A stretch of DNA of 64,000 nucleotides from an uncultured Acidobacteriota bacterium (lineage in GTDB: Bacteria; Acidobacteriota; UBA6911), in the NCBI GenBank assembly GCA_963809485.1, contig CAWEJX010000015.1, forward strand, positions 64,001-128,000, given 5' to 3'. Below, piece after piece: positions 1-11,713 of the stretch. How positions within the stretch are numbered: the first letter of the stretch is position 1; every line of letters starts with the position of its first letter. The position numbers were made by a program, and so were the translations under genes. The notes below the pieces were generated by a model that was not told the DNA's origin, made no database searches, and worked only from the letters and a program-made list of their open reading frames with translations.

Positions 1-1
1 C

Positions 2-262
2 GTGACCGACTACATCCGAAACTGCATCCTGGATCCCGACAAGACGCGACTGCTGCGCGAAGCCATCGCCGCCGGAACATCTCAGTACGGCATGCAGACC
101 TTCGACCAGTCCATTTACGACCATTATAAAGGCGGGCGAATTACCCTTGAAGACGCCTTCGGATACGCCACCAATCCAGAGGAATTCAAGCTGCGCGTCC
201 AGGGCATCTATTCGACGAAGGACGCCGCCATAGAAGCTATGGAAAACGAACTCGCAAACTGA
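2..262 (+). CDS. Type IV pilus PilT/PilU-family ATPase, C-terminal part (cut by window edge)
   Basis: C-terminal pattern YGMQTFDQSIYDHY...ITLEDAF.YATNPEEFKL is typical of PilT/PilU ATPases. Confidence 0.85.
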   Translation: MTDYIRNCILDPDKTRLLREAIAAGTSQYGMQTFDQSIYDHYKGGRITLEDAFGYATNPEEFKLRVQGIYSTKDAAIEAMENELAN

Positions 263-285
263 TTCGTTCCGCCTTGCAGGTATTA

Positions 286-405
286 GTGAGGACGGGTCTC
301 CAGATCGCGTACGCAGAGTTAAGCTAAAACTTATTGGTCACCCAATCGGTCTACGACTGTCGCGAGATCCTCGCGAAGTATTGAAGATTGGAGATCCGTG
401 CTCAC
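286..405. repeat. Inverted pair of REP-like sequences
   Basis: GTGAGGACGGGTCTCCA (286-302) faces TGGAGATCCGTGCTCAC (389-405), 2 mismatches; related copies at 35809, 46429 and 46767. Confidence 0.7.
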
Positions 406-475
406 CAGGAAGCCCATAATTTTATTTTGAAAACCGTCTAGTTCGTGGCATGGTTTTAGTTTGCGGAAATTTGCC

Positions 476-968
476 ATGGACGACGAACTGCGCAGCATCC
501 TTATGAAAAAGGCTGGTGCGATCCTCGCCCGGCGCGCCTACAGCCGGGGAGAATTGCGCAACAAGCTTGCCAAAATTGCCGGTGAAACGCTCGGTGGAGG
601 AAGTCCTGGACCGCCTCGAACAGGTGAACCTTCTCAACGACCGGGAATATGCGTATAATTTCGCCCTTCATCGGACCCGGCAGGAGGGATGGGGACCGGC
701 GAAGGTGCTCGATTCCCTGCTCCGGCGCCATGTGGAACCGGAAATCGCCGAATCGGCTCTAAAACGTGTGCGCGACGAAGTCGATCAGGCGTCCATTCTG
801 GCCGATTACGCCCGGAAATATTTCGGCAAAAGCGCCCCCGACGCGAAGCAGGTCCGCAAACTGATCGCGCACCTGCACCGGCGCGGTTTTGCGGAGGACA
901 GCATACTGGACGCGCTGAGACGCGTGGTCCCCGCGGCGCTCATGCAACGCTATGAAACAGGAGAATGA
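476..968 (+). CDS. recX: Regulatory protein RecX (frameshifted near 590, probably a sequence error)
   Basis: ORF 461-658 has [15 protein letters not shown]; ORF 516-968 continues with [19 protein letters not shown] and LHRRGF; directly upstream of alaS. Confidence 0.85.
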
Positions 969-969
969 A

Positions 970-3610
<2,641 letters not shown>

Positions 3611-3614
3611 AGTT

Positions 3615-3769
3615 TTGGAGGAGTTACGCCGGTCTTGAACGCTGAAGCACGCTGAACGGACGCCGACCCACGCCGACAAAAATTTATATATTTTTTCAGC
3701 GTACGTCAGCGCTTCAAAATATGGAGCTGTCAAACTCTTTGAGTCCCCCGGCAGAGCCGGGGGTTTACC
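3615..3769 (-). mobile_element. Truncated non-autonomous element with an IS200/IS605-like left end and CGCTGAC hairpin cargo
   Basis: Minus strand reads GGTAAACCCCCGGCTCTGCCGGGGGACTCAAAGAGTTTGACAGCTCC...CTCCTCCAA, nearly identical to the element at 23169; right-end hairpins absent. Confidence 0.75.
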
Positions 3770-3836
3770 AATGTAATTATTTAGACTTTTTCCTGTCTGC
3801 CGATATCTATTTGGAGTGTTTGCCAGGGACATTATC

Positions 3837-4529
3837 ATGAGGTTGAAGCACTACTGCATTTTCCTGCTGTCGATGGCCGTCATCGGAATATTCGGGCACA
3901 ACCTGTACAGTCAGGCTCTCTATTCCTATCTCGACCAGAACGGCACGCGCGTATTCACCAACATCCCGCCGGTAAACGCCGTTTGGGATCTCACGGTCAC
4001 CGGTTCGCCTGCGCCCGCACCGGCCGTGGACGAATCCAGGCCAAAATCCGAAAAATTTGATCCCATCATTGAAAAATATGCCGGGGAGCACAACCTGGAT
4101 CCGTCCCTGATCCGCTCCATCATAGCCACGGAATCCGGTTTTAATCCCAAAGCCGTGTCCCGCAAGGGCGCCCAGGGTCTCATGCAGCTGATGCCCGCGA
4201 CCGCCGCGCGTCTCGGAGTCACCAACAGCTTCGATCCCGAGCAGAACATACGGGGCGGCGTCCGCCATTTCCGTTCGCTCATGGATACCTTCGACAATGA
4301 CCTGCATTTGAGCCTTGCGGCCTATAACGCAGGGGAAAACCTGGTGATGCGCCTGGGCCGCGTGCCTGCCATCAAGGAAACCCGGAATTATGTCCAATCC
4401 ATAACACGGCGCCTGAATCCGGAGGGAGAAGGCACGCAAGCTGAGGAAAAGCCCAAACATACGCCGACGTTCCGTTATGTCGACGGCGCCGGTATCCTCC
4501 ACCTTACCAACATCCCGCCTTTACGGTAG
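3837..4529 (+). CDS. Lytic transglycosylase (SLT domain) with DUF4124-like segments
   Basis: Signal peptide; ATESGFNPKAVS.KGAQGLMQLMPATA and LAAYNAGE motifs. Confidence 0.9.
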   Translation: MRLKHYCIFLLSMAVIGIFGHNLYSQALYSYLDQNGTRVFTNIPPVNAVWDLTVTGSPAPAPAVDESRPKSEKFDPIIEKYAGEHNLDPSLIRSIIATESGFNPKAVSRKGAQGLMQLMPATAARLGVTNSFDPEQNIRGGVRHFRSLMDTFDNDLHLSLAAYNAGENLVMRLGRVPAIKETRNYVQSITRRLNPEGEGTQAEEKPKHTPTFRYVDGAGILHLTNIPPLR

Positions 4530-4612
4530 GCCGCCTTTGAGTCTTGGCATATTCAAGGCCGTCAGACATCCCGCAAGTGCCTTATTTATCAATATGTTCT
4601 AACAAGATGACC

Positions 4613-4641
4613 TTGACACGGTTACGGCCTGAGTCTAAGAT
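4613..4641 (+). promoter_or_regulatory. Sigma70-type promoter of the amidase gene, possibly leaderless
   Basis: TTGACA-N17-TAAGAT, with an in-frame ATG at 4649. Confidence 0.6.
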
Positions 4642-4648
4642 GGGGATC

Positions 4649-6715
4649 ATGGCTCTCGCACGGAAGGCAAATGGGATGGCGCGTTACCTCCCGTGCCTGC
4701 TCGTTTTCACCCTATTTTCAGCTTTCTATGCGCCGGCAAAAACCTGGGAAACGCAGGCCGCCGCGCAGGCATTTCAGGAAGCTCAGCAAAAACGCAGCGA
4801 GCTCGCCCAGAATCCCGATTCGACCATCAGCCAATACCGCCAGTGCGCACTCGCCTACCGGAAGGTTTATCTCCACGATCCGCATTACAGCCGTGCTGGC
4901 GACGCAATCTACGAGGAAGCCCTTCTCTACCAGGAAATGGGTGAAAAATCTTCGGATCCGAGATCCTATGCCACCGCCGCAAGACGTTTCGAATTCCTCG
5001 CCAGCGACTACCCGTCGAACCAGAACTGCCCGGACGCCTTATTGCGCGCAGGGAATATCTACCTGAACAATCTGAACAACGAAGAGGCGGCCAGGGAAAC
5101 ATTCCTTCGCCTCAAAACCGTTTATGGCAGGCCCGGCGCCCTGGCGCGGCTGGAGCAAAGCCGCCCGGCTCAAAAGCCGGTTCCGCCGCCGGCAGAAGCT
5201 GCCGTAACGGCGGCATCTTCGGCTGCCGCCACTTCAGTCCAGAATATAAGATATTGGATTACGGACGAATACACGCGTGTCGTTATCGATATGGACATGA
5301 CTACGTCCTACGAGAGGGCTCGCCTCTATTCGCCGTACAGGATCTATTTTGATATTTCCAATGCCCAGCTGGCCGGCGGCGTGAAAAGCCGGACATTTTC
5401 CATCGAGGATGAGCTCGTCAAGCAGGTCCGCGTCTCCCAGAACCGACCTGATCTGGTTCGCGTGGTGCTCGATCTCTCGTCCGAAGGGACCTATTCCGCA
5501 TTCGAGCTTCATGATCCATTCCGGATCGTCGTCGACCTGTATCGCAAAGCCGGCGAAAAAGCCGCAATCAAGCATTCGCCGCTCGAATCCGTTCCCCGCG
5601 CCGACGAATTCGGCCCGAAGCCGATTTCGAAGCAGGCAGCCGTGGCAGTTCAGGCTGCAAACAAACTTCCGGAAAACCAGCCGGGCGCCGCGATGAAGAA
5701 GGAAGCTTCTCCTACTCCCGCCCCAACAGTCACGAACATCAAACCCGAGGCCAAAAAGCCGGAAACACCGGCATCGACTGCCGTGCTCAAGACTCCGCCC
5801 CCTCCTCCCGCCGTTGTCGAGGTTGAGCCTTCTCCGGCCAGGGCCCAGCCGAAGCCGGCCCCGGATAAAGAAATCAAGGCCGCCGGCGAGGTATCCGCAG
5901 GCCCGGACACCAAACCTTCGCCCCCTGTAAAGCCGGACATATCGGCAGCGCCCAAGGGCGCAACGCCCACCAGCCGCGGAGACCGCACGCTGACGCGCGT
6001 CCTCGGCCTGAAAGTAGAGCGCATCGTCATCGATCCGGGGCATGGCGGGCACGACCTGGGCAGCGTCGGCCCCGGCGGACTCATGGAAAAAGACCTGGTT
6101 CTCTCAGTGGCGCTGAATCTCAAACCCATGCTTGAGGAGAACCTGGGAGCCGAAGTGTTTCTGACGCGCACGGATGACAGCTTCGTCCCGCTTGAAGAGC
6201 GGACCGCTATCGCAAACCGCTGCAAAGCGGACCTTTTTATATCGATCCATGCAAATTCGAGCCGTATCCGTTCAACCAGCGGAGTTGAAACGTATTACCT
6301 CGATTTTGCCAAAACGAACGCCGAGCGCGAAATAGCCGCCCGCGAAAATGCCACCAGCGTCAACAATGTTCATGAGCTCGAAGATCTCATCAAGAAAATC
6401 GCGCAAGCCGATAAGTCTATGGAATCCAGGGAACTGGCCACGATTATTCAGAAAAAGCTTTTTGCGGGAGTGAAAAAAATGTTTTCTTCGGCGCAGGATC
6501 GCGGCGTGCGGCGCGCTCCCTTTATCGTGCTCATAGGCGCAAACATGCCCTCTGTGCTCTCGGAAATCGCCTTTATCAGTAATCCACGGGATGAGCGGCT
6601 TCTGCGCAAGGATGCCAACAAAGAGCGCCTGACCCGTGCCCTGTATTCCGGCATTGAAGATTACATCCGAACGCTGGGAACGAATGTAGTCCAAAATCAG
6701 CCGGGCCCTAATTAG
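4649..6715 (+). CDS. N-acetylmuramoyl-L-alanine amidase (TPR, AMIN, Pro-rich linker, Amidase_3)
   Basis: IVIDPGHGGHD.G, EKDLVL, FISIHANS and SVLSEIAFISN motifs; AMIN-like RVVLDL and RIVVDL. Confidence 0.92.
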   Translation: MALARKANGMARYLPCLLVFTLFSAFYAPAKTWETQAAAQAFQEAQQKRSELAQNPDSTISQYRQCALAYRKVYLHDPHYSRAGDAIYEEALLYQEMGEKSSDPRSYATAARRFEFLASDYPSNQNCPDALLRAGNIYLNNLNNEEAARETFLRLKTVYGRPGALARLEQSRPAQKPVPPPAEAAVTAASSAAATSVQNIRYWITDEYTRVVIDMDMTTSYERARLYSPYRIYFDISNAQLAGGVKSRTFSIEDELVKQVRVSQNRPDLVRVVLDLSSEGTYSAFELHDPFRIVVDLYRKAGEKAAIKHSPLESVPRADEFGPKPISKQAAVAVQAANKLPENQPGAAMKKEASPTPAPTVTNIKPEAKKPETPASTAVLKTPPPPPAVVEVEPSPARAQPKPAPDKEIKAAGEVSAGPDTKPSPPVKPDISAAPKGATPTSRGDRTLTRVLGLKVERIVIDPGHGGHDLGSVGPGGLMEKDLVLSVALNLKPMLEENLGAEVFLTRTDDSFVPLEERTAIANRCKADLFISIHANSSRIRSTSGVETYYLDFAKTNAEREIAARENATSVNNVHELEDLIKKIAQADKSMESRELATIIQKKLFAGVKKMFSSAQDRGVRRAPFIVLIGANMPSVLSEIAFISNPRDERLLRKDANKERLTRALYSGIEDYIRTLGTNVVQNQPGPN

Positions 6716-7014
6716 CTTCTGTCGCGTAACTCGGATTTCGCGAGGAAACCGGCCTTTTTTGAACAGTCGATAGGAAATTTGATATTACACAGAAACCGGA
6801 AATTGAAGCAGGCCGCGTAGCGGCCAGCTGAATTTAGCCGGGCCTTTTAAGGCCTGGATCTAAAGAAGTCAGGTTTTCCGTCGCGGAGCGACGGCTGAAT
6901 CTCAGGCGTCGCTACGCGACGCGCTGTTCCCAATACCATGGCTTCGGCCTTAAAAGGCCGGGCTAAAATCTTGGTGCCGCTACGCGGCGCAAACCAGTTT
7001 CGCGACGGAAACTA
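6713..7014. mobile_element. 302-bp MITE-like element with terminal inverted repeats and internal REP-like palindromes, copy 1
   Basis: Ends TAGCTTCTGTCGCGTAAC and GTTTCGCGACGGAAACTA; second copy of the same length at 46460-46761. Confidence 0.85.
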
Positions 7015-7019
7015 AATCG

Positions 7020-8108
7020 ATGCGCGTCCCATATTTTCTGCTGCTTGCCGTATTGTCTTCAGCGGCCTGCGCGGCTGCGCAGGTATCGTTCGTCGCGGAC
7101 AGCTATTTCCCTGCCGATCAGGAGTTCCAGGAACTTCAGAAGACGGCCGGACAGGAAAGTTTTGAGGATCCCGCCCTTCTTGCTAAGGTTGCGGACGGAA
7201 CTCTTTTTAAGGATGTGGGTTTTGAAAAATATTCGCGCCGGGTATATAAAGCCGCGGGATCGGAAATTTCCATCGAGGTCGTCACCCTCATCGACAGCCG
7301 CGCAGCTTTTTCGCTGCTGACGATTTTGCGCAGCAGCAATCTCGAGGAAGGCCCTCCCGGCGACAGATTTGCCTTCGACGCGGACACTCTCCGCTTCGCC
7401 CAAGGCAGAAACTGGATTCGAATCGAGGGCAGGGGCGCCCCCGCGGATCTGCTCCGGCGCATTGCCATTTCCATGAGCAACCGCATAGGGTCCCAAAAGA
7501 GAAAACCTCCTTCCCTTATCTCCCATTTCCCGAACCCCGGCTACGATCCTTCGAGCCTGCGCTATTTTGTAGGACCGGATTCCTTTAAAGCTCATTCCGA
7601 AACCCGGCCCGGCGGCTATGTCGAGTTTGCTTCCGGCATGGAACTGGCCCAGGCGCGCTATTCGCTGCAGAACCAGACCGGCATCCTCTCGCTCTCGATC
7701 TTTCCGACAACTCAGGTCGCAGAAGGCTACTACTCCGAACTGGCCGGCGTCGCTTCCAAAAAGGAATCTGCAGTCCGGACCTATGCCAAAAGGGCCGGGC
7801 CGCTGGTTGCCATTCTTGAGGGTTCATTCGAACCGGCCGTCGCGGACCGCATCCTGGATTCCCTTCAATACAGCTACTCCATTCGATGGATCTATGAGAA
7901 ACCCAAAGGGAAAACAGTCTGGGGAATACCCACGGCAATTCTGGGATCTGTGGTCAATTCCCTTCTCTTCGTGGCGCTGCTTTGCGTGACCTCGATTGTG
8001 CTGGGCGCAGGATACGCTATTTTTCGGGTCATTCTGCGCGGGCATGCGCCGAACAATCCACTGGACCGTCCCGAAAGGACGGAAATCACCCGGTTGAAAA
8101 TGCGATGA
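7020..8108 (+). CDS. Exported/membrane protein, DUF6599-like
   Basis: Signal peptide, C-terminal TM helix, LRYFVGP motif; resembles an acidobacterial family (recognised by eye). Confidence 0.6.
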   Translation: MRVPYFLLLAVLSSAACAAAQVSFVADSYFPADQEFQELQKTAGQESFEDPALLAKVADGTLFKDVGFEKYSRRVYKAAGSEISIEVVTLIDSRAAFSLLTILRSSNLEEGPPGDRFAFDADTLRFAQGRNWIRIEGRGAPADLLRRIAISMSNRIGSQKRKPPSLISHFPNPGYDPSSLRYFVGPDSFKAHSETRPGGYVEFASGMELAQARYSLQNQTGILSLSIFPTTQVAEGYYSELAGVASKKESAVRTYAKRAGPLVAILEGSFEPAVADRILDSLQYSYSIRWIYEKPKGKTVWGIPTAILGSVVNSLLFVALLCVTSIVLGAGYAIFRVILRGHAPNNPLDRPERTEITRLKMR

Positions 8109-8776
8109 AAGTAGATCTGATACGAAGCGTTCCGCTTTTTTCCACGCTTACCGATGAGGAATTCAATCAACTGCGGCACATCTTTGCCGTCAAGGCTTAT
8201 CACAAAAACCAGATCATCTTCCTGGAAGAGGAAACCGGAAACTACATGTACCTGGTCCTCTCGGGCAAGGTGAAGGTAGCCAAGTCCGGTTCGGCCGGCA
8301 AGGAAACCATCCTGGCTATTCACAGGACAGGAGATTTTTTTGGCGAAATGTCGCTGCTGGACGGCAAGACCGCCCCGGCCACAGTTTCCGCCATGGAGGA
8401 CGCCAAGATCATTTCGGTGAGCGGCGCCGATTTTCACAAATACCTGATGCACAACGAAAAGGTCATGCTGCAGATCATCAATGTCCTTTGCTCAAGGCTG
8501 AGGCAGGTCTGGCAGACCCAGAGCCTGAGTTCAAGCACGGCCGATGCCAGAATCCGCATGGGCATTCACCAGCTTGCCACGCGGCACGGGATACGCGACG
8601 CGCACGGGATCATCATCGACCTCAAGATCACGCACCAGGAACTGGCGGAAATGGTGGGCACCTCCCGGGAGACAGTCACGCGTGTTCTGGCGCGTCTTCG
8701 CGAACAGGGAATCATCGAAATCGACCAGCGCCGCATGACGCTGCTGGACGACGAGGCTCTCGTGCGAGACACCTAG
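8105..8776 (+). CDS. Crp/Fnr-family transcriptional regulator
   Basis: cNMP domain GDFFGEMSLL; HTH ITHQELAEMVGTSRETVTRVL; ATGA overlap with the upstream gene. Confidence 0.93.
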   Translation: MKVDLIRSVPLFSTLTDEEFNQLRHIFAVKAYHKNQIIFLEEETGNYMYLVLSGKVKVAKSGSAGKETILAIHRTGDFFGEMSLLDGKTAPATVSAMEDAKIISVSGADFHKYLMHNEKVMLQIINVLCSRLRQVWQTQSLSSSTADARIRMGIHQLATRHGIRDAHGIIIDLKITHQELAEMVGTSRETVTRVLARLREQGIIEIDQRRMTLLDDEALVRDT

Positions 8777-8858
8777 TTCAAACGCTGACGAACGCTGAAA
8801 AAATATATAAATTCCTATCCGCGTTCGTCAGCGTTACTTTCAGCGTTCGTCAGCGTTA
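8777..8858. repeat. CGCTGAC/GTCAGCG micro-repeat hairpin
   Basis: ACGCTGACGAACGCTGAAAAAATATATAAATT...GCGTTCGTCAGCGTT between convergent genes. Confidence 0.8.
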
Positions 8859-10617
8859 CCTGCTTCATCACGGCTTGCCGCCATTTGCGTACGGAATTGA
8901 TCAAATAGATATTCCCGCACCGCTTCAAGTCCTCAAGCTTGATCACGCGCTCCCGGATTTTGCCCTGTTCGAGCAGCAGGGCGCGGAATGTCCCGGCCAG
9001 CAGTCCCGAGGATACGGGAGGCGTGTACAGGATCCCATCCATTTCCAGCACGAGATTCGCGATGCAGGATTCCGTCAATTCGCCGCGCTCGTTCCACAGC
9101 AAGACGTCGTCACAATCAGGGCAGGCCTGTTGCGCGGCTTCGTAAACCTCCCGCCGCGTTGTCTTGTGATACAGGAATATATCCGATGAATTCACTGCCG
9201 AGGATGCGATTGCGACAATCACGGGACGGTCTTCACCCCGGGATGCCGGCTCTGCAGCCTGCAGGACGGGAATCCCGTCGGCTCCCAGGAGAAGCCGCAC
9301 CCGCTGCGGCTGGCCGCCGAAAGCGGATGCCAGAGCATCCAGTCTGCTTTGGATCAGACCGGTGTCGGCTCGATACGCGAAATAGCGCGCCGAATCCACC
9401 AGCCTTTTGAGGTGATACTCCAGCAGAAAATACCCTTCTTCCGGCGTCCACAAAAGGGTTTCGAGCAATGAAAACTCCGGATACCGCTCCGTCAGCACGC
9501 GCGCCTTGAGCAGGGCTTCGGCATATTCGTCGCCGGGCTCCGAATCCCAGACGATCCCTCCGCCCGCCCCATACTCCAATTGCCCCGACAGCCGATTCAC
9601 GACAGCCGTCCGTATGGCCACATTGAACTGGGCAGAGCGGCCGGGCGCAATATATCCGATGCTGCCCGTGTAAATCCCGCGCGGATCCGGCTCAAGCTCG
9701 GAAATGATATGCGTAGTCCGCACCTTCGGAGCACCGGTGATCGAGGCGCAGGGGAAAAGCGCCGCCAGTATCTCGCCCACGGGTTTCGTGCAGTCCGCCT
9801 CGACCGTGGACGTCATCTGCCAGAGAGTGGGGCGCCGTTCCACCTCGAACAGTCGCGTAACTTTTACCGTGCCCGTCTCGGCTACACGGCCCAGGTCGTT
9901 GCGAATCATATCCACGATCATCAGATTTTCGGCGCAGTTCTTCTCCGAACCGCGCAGCCATTCGGCCAGAGTCTCATCTTCGTCCAGCGTTCGCCCGCGC
10001 TTGACGGTGCCCTTCATCGGCTTGCCGGTCAAGCGCCGACCTTCCAGGCGGAAGAAAAGCTCCGGAGACGCGCAGCATATCCAGTGGCGTCCGGTCTCGA
10101 TCCACGCGGCATAGCCCGGCGACTGAGCCCTCGCCATGGCCAGGAATAAATGCCACGGGTCTCCGCTGAGACGGCTCCGGAGCCGCAGTGTGTAGTTCAC
10201 CTGATAGGTTTCCCCGAAGAGTATGTACTCCCGGATGCGGCGGATCGCCCGCTCGTAATCCGGCTGCGAGACGGAGGGAACGACCTCCCCCAGGGAATAG
10301 GCTCCGAAGTCCGGCGGCGGAAGCTCCAGTACCTCAGGAGCAGAATACAGGCCGAACCACAGCAGAGGAATATTGTCCGGCGCAGCATGCGTGCGCAGTG
10401 CCGAATCAAAAGCCGGGGCCGCTTCGTAGCTGATAAAGCCCGCAGCGTGCCAACCCTTTTCATGCACCAGTTTTTCGATGCGGCTCAGGGCACTCGCTAT
10501 CTCATCAAGCCGGCGGCACACAATAATCTCGTGCGCATCCCCGAATCCGATCCATTGCCCTGCCGCAGGGTCATGCAGGACGACTTGACAGGGCGCCGTG
10601 GCAGCATCCATAGGCAT
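8815..10617 (-). CDS. pabB: Aminodeoxychorismate synthase component I fused to an aminotransferase-IV (PabC-like) domain
   Basis: GETYQVNYT, SPELFF, KPMKGT, AENLMIVDMIRNDLG and FPCASITGAPK; C-terminal LLETL, HKTTRR and GLLAGTFR. Confidence 0.9.
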   Translation of the reverse strand: MPMDAATAPCQVVLHDPAAGQWIGFGDAHEIIVCRRLDEIASALSRIEKLVHEKGWHAAGFISYEAAPAFDSALRTHAAPDNIPLLWFGLYSAPEVLELPPPDFGAYSLGEVVPSVSQPDYERAIRRIREYILFGETYQVNYTLRLRSRLSGDPWHLFLAMARAQSPGYAAWIETGRHWICCASPELFFRLEGRRLTGKPMKGTVKRGRTLDEDETLAEWLRGSEKNCAENLMIVDMIRNDLGRVAETGTVKVTRLFEVERRPTLWQMTSTVEADCTKPVGEILAALFPCASITGAPKVRTTHIISELEPDPRGIYTGSIGYIAPGRSAQFNVAIRTAVVNRLSGQLEYGAGGGIVWDSEPGDEYAEALLKARVLTERYPEFSLLETLLWTPEEGYFLLEYHLKRLVDSARYFAYRADTGLIQSRLDALASAFGGQPQRVRLLLGADGIPVLQAAEPASRGEDRPVIVAIASSAVNSSDIFLYHKTTRREVYEAAQQACPDCDDVLLWNERGELTESCIANLVLEMDGILYTPPVSSGLLAGTFRALLLEQGKIRERVIKLEDLKRCGNIYLINSVRKWRQAVMKQVTLTNAESNADERG

Positions 10618-10669
10618 AATCCGTCTCGAGGCAGGACAGGCGGTTTGGCCGAAGGCGTTTTGTCCGGCG

Positions 10670-11632
10670 CTAGGATTTTTCGAAAAGGGAATTGACAAAG
10701 GCTTCGGGCGAAAACTCCAGGAGATCCTCCAGCGATTCCCCGATGCCGATAAAGCGCACCGGAATGCCCAGTTCCTGGCAGATGCTGAAGAGAATCCCTC
10801 CCTTTGCCGTGCCGTCCAGTTTCGTAATAATGAGTCCCGTAATCCCGGTGAACTTTTTGAACTCCTGGGCCTGGGTCAGCCCGTTCTGACCCGTGGTGGC
10901 GTCCACCACCAGCAGGACCTCATGCGGCGCGCCGGGGACCTTGCGGCCGGCCACCCGCCGCATCTTTTCCAGCTCCAGCATCAGGTTGCTTTTGGTGTGC
11001 AGCCTGCCCGCCGTGTCGACGATCACCACATCGCTGCGGCGCGCGACGGCCGCCGAGAGCGCGTCGTGCAGCACCGCGGAAGGATCCATGCCGGTCTTGC
11101 TTTTGACCAGCTCCGCGCCCGACCGCTCCACCCAGACCGTGAGTTGCTCGATGGCCGCAGGACGGAATGTATCCGCCGCGCAGACCAAAACTTTTTTATC
11201 TTCCCTGGAGAGTCTCGCGGCAAGCTTTCCGATGGTCGTGGTTTTTCCCGTCCCGTTCACGCCGACCACCATCCACACCTGCAATGCTTCTTCCGCCGTC
11301 TGCGTTTCGGAAAGGGGCCGCGCGTTCAGTATTGACAGGAGCTCTTCGCGGATTACCTTTTGGGCATCCTCAGCGGTCCTGACGGCCTGCTTCTTGCGCT
11401 GCTCGCGCACGGCAGTCATGATCCGCTCGGTGACACGCACGCCCAGATCGGCACCGAGCAGGGTGCCCTCCAGATCCTCCAGCACCGTCTCATCGATTTC
11501 CGGACGGGAAGAAAGCACGGCCTCAATCCGGCTCACCAGGTTTTCCTTGGTGGCGCCGAGGGCTTTTTTCATCCTCGCGAACAGCCCCGCCTTCTTCTCA
11601 GGAGTCTCGTTTGAGGATTTTCTGAAAAGCAT
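10670..11632 (-). CDS. ftsY: Signal recognition particle receptor FtsY
   Basis: GVNGTGKTTTIGKLA, DTFRPAA, DTAGRLH, TKLDGTAKGG. Confidence 0.97.
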   Translation of the reverse strand: MLFRKSSNETPEKKAGLFARMKKALGATKENLVSRIEAVLSSRPEIDETVLEDLEGTLLGADLGVRVTERIMTAVREQRKKQAVRTAEDAQKVIREELLSILNARPLSETQTAEEALQVWMVVGVNGTGKTTTIGKLAARLSREDKKVLVCAADTFRPAAIEQLTVWVERSGAELVKSKTGMDPSAVLHDALSAAVARRSDVVIVDTAGRLHTKSNLMLELEKMRRVAGRKVPGAPHEVLLVVDATTGQNGLTQAQEFKKFTGITGLIITKLDGTAKGGILFSICQELGIPVRFIGIGESLEDLLEFSPEAFVNSLFEKS

Positions 11633-11676
11633 CCGTTCTCCTTTAATAATAAGCTGACCCTGGCCTCAAAAGGCCG

Positions 11677-11713
11677 CGTATGTCAGCGCCTTTGTCGGCG
11701 TCCGTCAGCGTTA
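11677..11713. repeat. Short GTCAGCG repeat remnant overlapping the birA stop codon
   Basis: CGTATGTCAGCGCCTTTGTCGGCGTCCGTCAGCGTTA. Confidence 0.6.

Noticed and set aside
446-465. Sigma54 promoter upstream of recX (TGGCA...TTGC)
   Set aside because: GG-to-GC spacing is longer than the required 10 nt.
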